From Eledone cirrhosa (taxonomy: Eukaryota): a DNA stretch of 64,000 nt. The notes under the pieces were generated by a model. It saw nothing but the letters and a program-made list of their open reading frames with translations. It was not told the DNA's origin and made no database searches. Every line of letters starts with the position of its first letter. The first letter of the stretch is position 1. Of the stretch, positions 53,424-64,000 are shown one piece after another. The stretch spans positions 209,126,001 through 209,190,000 of the forward strand of contig OZ024740.1 in assembly GCA_964016885.1 (NCBI GenBank), written 5' to 3'. A program made the position numbers and the translations under genes.

Positions 53424-55282
53424 TCATCATCATCATCATCATCATCAGGTTTAGCGTCCGTGTTCCACGCTTGCATGGGTTTGGACGGGGGTTTTCCCAC
53501 TTGAGGCAAGAGTGGTTGTCATGCTCGCATAGGACTGTCTGGCGGGTTTTCTACAGTTGGATGCCCTTCCTAACACCAACCACATTTACAGTGTGGGGCT
53601 GGGAGGTTTTTACCGTGTTGCCTACACGGCCACATTACAGCGTGGACTGTCTGGCGGGTTTTCTACAGCTGGATGCCCTTCCTAACACCAACCACATTTA
53701 CAGTGTGGGGCTGAGAGGTTTTTACCGTGTTGCCTACACGGCCACATTTACAGCGTGGACTGTGTGTTTTTTGTCGTGACACCTACACGATCTCATTTGT
53801 TTCGGCCTGGATGTTGTGGGACCAACATAACTTTACATTGAAAGGGGCGGTGTGGGTGGGGTGGAGGTGGTGGGACGGGGGTGTGTTTTGATAGAGATGC
53901 CTACTGACTGTAGTAGGTTTTTACTTTGTATTTAGGTAAGGCGGGTCTTCTCTATTACTGAGTACCGCCAAAGGTCTCGGTCCAGTGACATTGTCTTGGA
54001 GAGGTGTAAGCGTGTGAGGTCGGAATTTATCAGCTCGTCCCATGTTTTTCTGGGTCTGCCTACTCCGTGGCTACCGTCTATCTTTATTGCCCTGCACTTT
54101 GTTATACAGCTGTCGTCTTTCATGCGCATCACGTGACCGTACCAACGTAGCCTTCTCTCGAGTAAACAACATCTGATCCCTCTTATTTCTAATTTTTTCC
54201 TTAGTTCGTTTATGCTTTGCCGTTCAAGTATATTACTATTGCACATCCAGCGGAGCATGCAAGCTTCGTTCCTCTCTAGTCTGCGTATATCCTCTGCACA
54301 CAATGCCCAGGTCTCACTGCCATGCAGCATTGCTGTTCGTATGCAGGCATCGTATAACCTGCCTTTCATTTTTAGGGAGAACCCTCTAGCGGCTAATAGT
54401 GGTATAAGCTCTCTGAACTTTTTCCATCCAGTTCTGACTCTAGCTACTGTACTTTCAGAGCACCCTCCCCCACTGCTGATTTTGTCACCCAGATAACGGA
54501 AGCTGTCCACTATTTCTATAGAACCCTCTGCGCAGTTGAAGGAGCTAGTATTTTGTGGGCACTTGCTGCTACTTATTGCACCAGAGCACCGGCCACATGT
54601 AAAATCTATGTTCTTAGTTAGCTTACCTGTGATCCCACTACATCTTTTATGCACCCATACTTTGCATTTGGGACATAAAATGGAGTTTCTACCTACGCCT
54701 TTCCTACACACTGAGCATGGCCATTTCCCAGATGGGACCGCCGCCTTATTTTCTTTCCTACAAACTAGAACTTTAGTCTTAGCCAGGTTAATTTTAAGGC
54801 CTTTTGATTCTAGGCCGTGCTTCCATGTTTGGAATTTCTTCTCTAGTTCGGTCATTGATTCAGCTATGAGCGTTAGATCATCTGCGTATAGGAGTTCCCA
54901 TGGGCAGCCGGTCTTGAACTCCTCTGTTATAGCCTGAAGGGCAATAATAAATAGTAGGGGGCTAAGAACAGAGCCCTGATGGACACCAACTTTTACGCTA
55001 AACTCTTCACTATATTCGTTGTTAATTCTAACCTTACTGACTGTTTCTTTATACATGTCTTGTATAGCTCTCACAAGCCATTCGTCAACACCTAGTTTTC
55101 TAAGAGACCCCCAGATAATGGAACGGGGGACTCTGTCGAAGGCTTTCTCCAAGTCGACGAAAGCTAAGTATAGGGGTTTACTTTTAGCTAGGTACTTCTC
55201 CTGTAGTTGTCGTACAATGAAAAGAGCGTCTGTGGTACTTTTGCCTGACACAAACCCGAACTGCATTTCATCTAGATCAATA
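53424..55282 (-). mobile_element. 5'-truncated RTE-clade LINE with open RT ORF (53932-55282), 3'UTR and (GAT)n tail
   Basis: [44 protein letters not shown] and GRPRKTW motifs; tail gatgatgat; TA microsatellite on both sides. Confidence 0.95.
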
Positions 55283-55313
55283 TACATATATATATATGTA
55301 TATATATATATGT

Positions 55314-55361
<48 letters not shown>

Positions 55362-55362
55362 G

Positions 55363-55397
<35 letters not shown>

Positions 55398-55498
55398 ATA
55401 TATATGTATGTATATAAATGTATCTATATATATATACATGTATGTATATATATACATGTATGTATATATATATATGTATGTATATGTATATGTATGTA

Positions 55499-56168
55499 TC
55501 ATCATCATCATCATCAACGTTTAACGTCCGTGTTCCACGCTTGCATGGGTTTGGACGGGGGTTTTCCCACTTGAGGCAAGAGTGATTGTCTTGCTTGTAT
55601 AGGACTGTCTGGCGGGTTTTCTACAGCTGGATGCCCTTCCTAACACCAACCACATTTACAGTGTGGGGCTGGGAGGTTTTTACCGTGTTGCCTACATGGC
55701 CACATTACAGCGTGGACTGTGTGTTTTTTGTCGTGACACCTACACAACCTCATTTGTTTCGGGCTGGATGTTGTGGTACCAACATAACTTTACATTGAAG
55801 GGGCGGTGTGGATGGGGTGGGGGGTGGGGTGTATTTTGTTAGAGATGCCTACTGACTGTAGTAGGTTTTACTTTATATTTAGGTAAGGCGGGTCTTCTGT
55901 ATTACTGAGTACCGCCAAAGGTCTCGGTCCAGTGACATTGTCTTGGAGAGGTGTGTGAGGTCGGAGTTTATCAGCTCGTCCCAGGATTTTCTAGGTCTGC
56001 CTATTCCGTGGCTACCGTCTATCTTTATTGCCCTGCACTTTGTTATACAGCTGTCGTCTTTCATGCACATCACATGACCATACCAACGTAGTCTTCTCTC
56101 GAGTAAACAACATCTGATCCCTCTTATTTCTAATTTTTTCCTTAGTTCGTTTATGCTTTGCCGTTCAC
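55499..56168 (-). mobile_element. Short 3' copy of the same RTE subfamily
   Basis: Nearly identical to the 3' end and UTR of the 53424-55282 copy; TA-flanked. Confidence 0.93.
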
Positions 56169-56196
56169 GTATATATATATGTATATATATATATAT

Positions 56197-56681
56197 ATCC
56201 TGCAGGACTAAAAACAAAACCTGTCAAAGGGCAAAGGAGCTCTTAAGAGTCAATGGCCATCCAAAATCACTGGGAGAGATGACCCCTTAGCCTTTGTCAA
56301 GGCAGAATTCTAGGAGAAGGAAAACTCTGATATAACACCTGCAACCCTGATGGTATCCAATGATGTTGACTTGTTCTTCTTTTGGGTAAATATCATCTTG
56401 GTTAAGAGAGTGGGACTGGCTTTGTGCAGTGCCTTTGCTCACTATAAAAGCTTCACGGCACAGGCATTGCTTTATATCTGGAGATCTCTCTGCACTTGTC
56501 GTCACATGGTACCATGGGCCCAGCACTATGTGTCAATGATTGTCACAAGTGTAGTGTTTGAACCAGAGTTTTCAAGTCGCTGGCTGGACTAAAAAGTCAC
56601 ACTCGTTCAGCGCATCGGTAGGGGTTCTCCTACATGGATATAAAGTAGTGGCCGTACTCGAAAACGAGTTGGCAGCCACCA
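56197..56681 (+). mobile_element. Bipartite RTE derivative: 5'UTR-like part plus C2H2-finger 3' end and terminal stem-loop
   Basis: ggagaaggaaaactctg 5'UTR-like motif; CHKCSV*TRVFKSLAGLKSHTRSAH; hairpin ctcg-aaaa-cgag; TA-flanked. Confidence 0.6.
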
Positions 56682-56756
56682 TGTATATATACATATATGT
56701 ATGTATATATATATATATGTATGTATATATATATGTATGTATATATATATATATGT

Positions 56757-57904
56757 AAAGAATGAATAATAACAGGTAGACATCATAAAAAGGTAGTTTA
56801 TTCCGTGTGCTTACAAGTGTTTCCACGGTGGTACTGCAGCCTAGTTCCGCTACGTGCAAATTCACAAGTATTTGCAGAACTCGAATATCCAATGCTGTGA
56901 CCACTGTTTCCTCAGAGCAGAATGGTAAATATACAATGTAAAAACCCTTAAGTGGGGTTGTTGGGGAAGATAGAGTGGAACAGGAAGAGAGAAAAGTAGG
57001 GAAGATGGAGAGAGAAGGAAAGATATGCAGGGGTTGGAGAAGTAGGAGAGAGTGGCTAGTAGATATCTTAATCAAAATGTTATGGTAGGGGTTTTATTAG
57101 TTACTTTTGGAGAGATGCGTAGATAGTTGAGGTCGGAATTATTTATTGCCCCAGAGGTCAAGTTCATAGATGTTGAGAGGGAGGTAGGTCAAAGGTGAGA
57201 GAGAGAGAGTGTAATGGATGTAGAGAGAGATATATAGGTAGAGAGGGGACAGATAAAGTATATGTGGTGAGTGAACTTTTGGTTTTGTAGTAGTAATCTA
57301 GGAATTGTACTGAGTTACCATGTATAGTGATAAGCAGTGTATTGTCTTGTAGTGTGGGGGAGAAGAGAAGGTTGTTAGCTAGAAAGTGGTGTTGTAGTTA
57401 CGGGTTCGAATGTTAAGTTATTTTATAGTGAGAGAATTTAGCTTTTAGTTTGTGGTTGCAGTATAATGATCGTTCAATTCTATCGTTAAGTAGTTTGTTT
57501 TTGGATTTTAGTATGTAAAATAGCTCAAGGTTACATAACCTGCAGTACTTCAAACCACTCCGATATGCATTTGCGCTGGAAAGTATATCCCATTTTAAGG
57601 TGAACTGTTGGTTGTGTTCACGGAGTTGCCAGGTCTTGTTGGCGAGCGTGGTCACAAAACGGTGATTCTGATGTTTGATTGAGAATCGATGACGGTACCA
57701 GCGAGATTTAAACGATGTGGTGGTAGATCCGATATAATACCATTTCTGGTCGTCCGATTCAACCGTGCATTGGTAAACAATGTTGGACTTTAGGCATTCA
57801 TTCTGCAATGGACATCTTTCAGGTAGATGGCAGTTACATGCTTTGTTGTGGGTAGCGGGTATACCATGGATAGGTTGTGATAGCGGTACAGGTGGGTTGT
57901 GCAA
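56757..57904 (-). mobile_element. 5'-truncated Penelope-like element (Hydra-type GIY-YIG endonuclease plus 3' pLTR with hammerhead ribozyme) in (TA)n
   Basis: ORF 57413-57904 has CNCHLPERC (CxCx5C), IVY...YIG (GIY-YIG), FKSRW..H, LKW and CRLC. The 3' region contains CTGAGGA...GAAAC-ACTT-GTA. (TA)n lies on both sides. Confidence 0.88.
56808..56919 (-). ncRNA. Type I hammerhead ribozyme with 85-nt stem II
   Basis: UGCU-CUGAGGA-(85 nt: ACAGUGGU...ACCACCGU plus nested hairpins)-GAAAC-ACUU-GUA-AGCA. Stem I UGCU/AGCA, stem III AC/GU. Confidence 0.72.
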
Positions 57905-61255
<3,351 letters not shown>

Positions 61256-61737
61256 AGGCACATGGCTTAGTGGTTAGAGCATTGGCCTTGCAATCGAAAG
61301 GTTGTGAGTTCAATTCTCAGTCCGGGTGATGTGTTGTTTCCTTGAGCAAAACACTTTATTTCACATTGCTCCAGTTTACTCAGCTGTAGAAATGAGATGA
61401 TAGGGACTGGGATCCGTATCATTCCACTGCAAAGTGGTCGTGGACGGTACCACGGCAAAAAAGCACCCAGCACTCACTGTAAATGAGGTTGGTGTAGAAA
61501 TCAAGCCAGAATCAGTTCTCGTCCCACCCTTGCAAGCNNNNNNNNNNNNNNNNNNNNNNNNNNNNNNNNNNNNNNNNNNNNNNNNNNNNNNNNNNNNNNN
61601 NNNNNNNNNNNNNNNNNNNNNNNNNNNNNNNNNNNNNNNNNNNNNNNNNNNNNNNNNNNNNNNNNNNNNNNNNNNNNNNNNNNNNNNNNNNNNNNNNNNN
61701 NNNNNNNNNNNNNNNNNNNNNNNNNNNNNNNNNNNNN

Positions 61738-63673
61738 TACGCATCACATGTCCATACCAGCGTAACCGCCTCTCCTGCACGCAGCATTTGATTCCTCTTA
61801 TGCTCAGTCTCTCTCTCAATTCATTTATGCTTTGTCGTTCACGTATATTACTGTTACACATCCATCGGAGCATGCAGGCTTCGTTTCTCTCTAATCTACG
61901 TAAGTCTTCCACCTTCAGCGCCCAGGTCTCACTACCATGCAACATCGCTGTTCGGATACACGCATCATACAGTCTGCCTTTCATTCTGAGGGAGAAGCCT
62001 TTTGCAGCTAGCAGTGGTAGTAGTTCCCTAAACTTCTTCCATCCCGTTCTTACCCTAGTTATTGTACTTTCTGAGCACCCACCTCCGTTGCTAATTCGGT
62101 CACCTAGGTAGCAGAAGCTGTCTACTGTTTCTACAGGGCCCTCCCAGAGATTGGTGGTACTTGTTTCCTGTGGCTGTTTGCTTGCTGTTTCAGCACAGCT
62201 GCTGCATGTGAATCCTACATTCTTAATTAAGCTTCCTGAGATCCCGCTACATCTCTTGTGTACCCATTGTTTGCATTTGGGGCAAAGAATGGAGTTCCTA
62301 CCTACACCTTTCCTACATACTGAGCAAGGCCATTTCCCTGAGGGGATCTGGGTTCTGTTTTCTCGTCTACTTATAAGGACCTTAGTCTTTGTCATGTTGA
62401 CTTTGAGGCCCTTTCTCTCTAGTCCCTGCTTCCAGGTTTGGAATTTATTCTCTAGTTCTACCATAGATTCAGCTATGAGTGCGAGGTCATCAGCATACAG
62501 GAGTTCCCATGGGCATCCGGTCTTAAACTCCTCCGTTATTGCCTGCAGGACTATGATGAACAGGAGAGGGCTAAGAACAGAGCCCTGGTGGACCCCAACC
62601 TGTACGCTAAATTCCTCGCTATACTCATTGCCAATCCTAACTTTGCTGACTGCTCCCCTATACATGGCTTGTACCGCTTTCACAAGCCATTCATCTACTC
62701 CTAGTTTTCTAAGAGCCCACCAGATTACTGCACGTGGAACTCTGTCAAAGGCTTTCTCAAGGTCGACAAATGCCAAGTAGAGTGGCTTACTTTTAGCTAG
62801 GTACTTTTCCTGTAATTGCCTCACAAGGAAGAGCGCATCAGTGGTGCCTTTCCCTGGAACAAACCCAAATTGCATCTCGTCTATATTCACCCGGTCCCTA
62901 ATCAGCTGTGCTATAACTCTTTCTGTTACTTTCATGACCTGGTCCATCAACTTTATACCTCTATAGTTTCCTCTATCTAGTGCATCGCCTTTACCTTTGT
63001 AGCAGTTGACAATGATGCTACTGCACCAATCTTTTGGTATGGCCCCCTCTAGTATTACCTGGTTAACGATACGTGTGGTTATAGTGTGACCTACAGACCC
63101 AGATGCCTTCAGCATCTCGGCAGCTATACCCGATGGACCGGTTGCCTTCCCTATCTTCATATCTCTGATTGCCTTACTTACTACGCTGCCGCTGACTTGT
63201 ACTGCTGGTCCCTCTATAGGGTCTACGTGGGGTAGGGTCTCTTCTTCCCATGCATTCTCCTCATTTAGTAATCTATCATAATGACTCTTCCATGCATCTT
63301 TCTTCTCAGCACTTGTGAGGGCAAGCTCACCTTTATCATTCCGGATACACTTCTCTCCAATGACATCACAACTATCTCTGACACACTGCCTCGCAATCTT
63401 GAATACCTCCTGTTTCTGGTCCTCACGTTGTAAAACATGCTTGAATTTTCTATCCTCTGCTTCCCTCCTAGCTAAGTATACTTGTCGCCTAGCTTCCCTC
63501 TTGGTCTCTATGTAATGTACCCTGCTCCCCCCGTTCTTCCATTCTTTCCATGCCTGTCTCTTGGCCTTGACTGCTTCATCTACTTTATTGTTCCACCACC
63601 AAGTCACTCTCCTCCTGCTTGAGGTCTTACTCCAGCCACAAACCTCATCCGTCGCCTCTAGTAAGTTATTTTT
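61738..63673 (-). mobile_element. RTE-clade LINE, ~640 open codons (linker plus RT), 5'-truncated at (TA)n, 3' end lost in the gap
   Basis: [30 protein letters not shown] and WYGHVMR motifs. Confidence 0.95.
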
Positions 63674-63677
63674 TATA

Positions 63678-63775
<98 letters not shown>

Positions 63776-63778
63776 TAC

Positions 63779-63839
<61 letters not shown>

Positions 63840-63873
63840 TATATATGTATATATATATATATATACATATATA

Positions 63874-63925
<52 letters not shown>

Positions 63926-64000
63926 TATACATATATATTATGTATATATATATATATACATATATATATGTATATATATATATATATATACATATATATA

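Noticed and set aside
56549-56561. In-frame TGA at a zinc-finger cysteine position (C-S-V-*), suggestive of selenocysteine
   Set aside because: Single decayed copy with no intact upstream ORF and no SECIS identified; a point mutation is the simpler explanation.
61376-61737. C-terminus of the 830-aa ORF
   Set aside because: Read-through across an N gap into unrelated plus-strand SINE/tail sequence.

Overview
AT-rich, repeat-dense metazoan DNA with one N gap (61538-61737). The very long (TA)n/(TATG)n tracts, tRNA-derived SINEs, and RTE/CR1/Penelope retroelements suggest a cephalopod (octopus-like) genome; this is an inference. The only well-supported host gene is a + strand, 12-exon DNTTIP1/TdIF1 homologue (MiDAC HDAC-complex subunit, ~18457-44601). 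I assembled it by hand from phase-consistent GT-AG exons. It has an unusually long (~900 aa) low-complexity N-terminal exon. The most striking non-genic signal is a set of long palindromes in or beside (TA)n microsatellites. Several carry hammerhead-ribozyme cores, three of them with a 60-85 nt expanded stem II, and some share a short 3' tail motif. A Penelope-like GIY-YIG element in the window carries the same ribozyme architecture. The last ~11 kb is a nested stack of retroelements inserted into TA microsatellite. Repeat boundaries are approximate, and no searches or folding computations were run.
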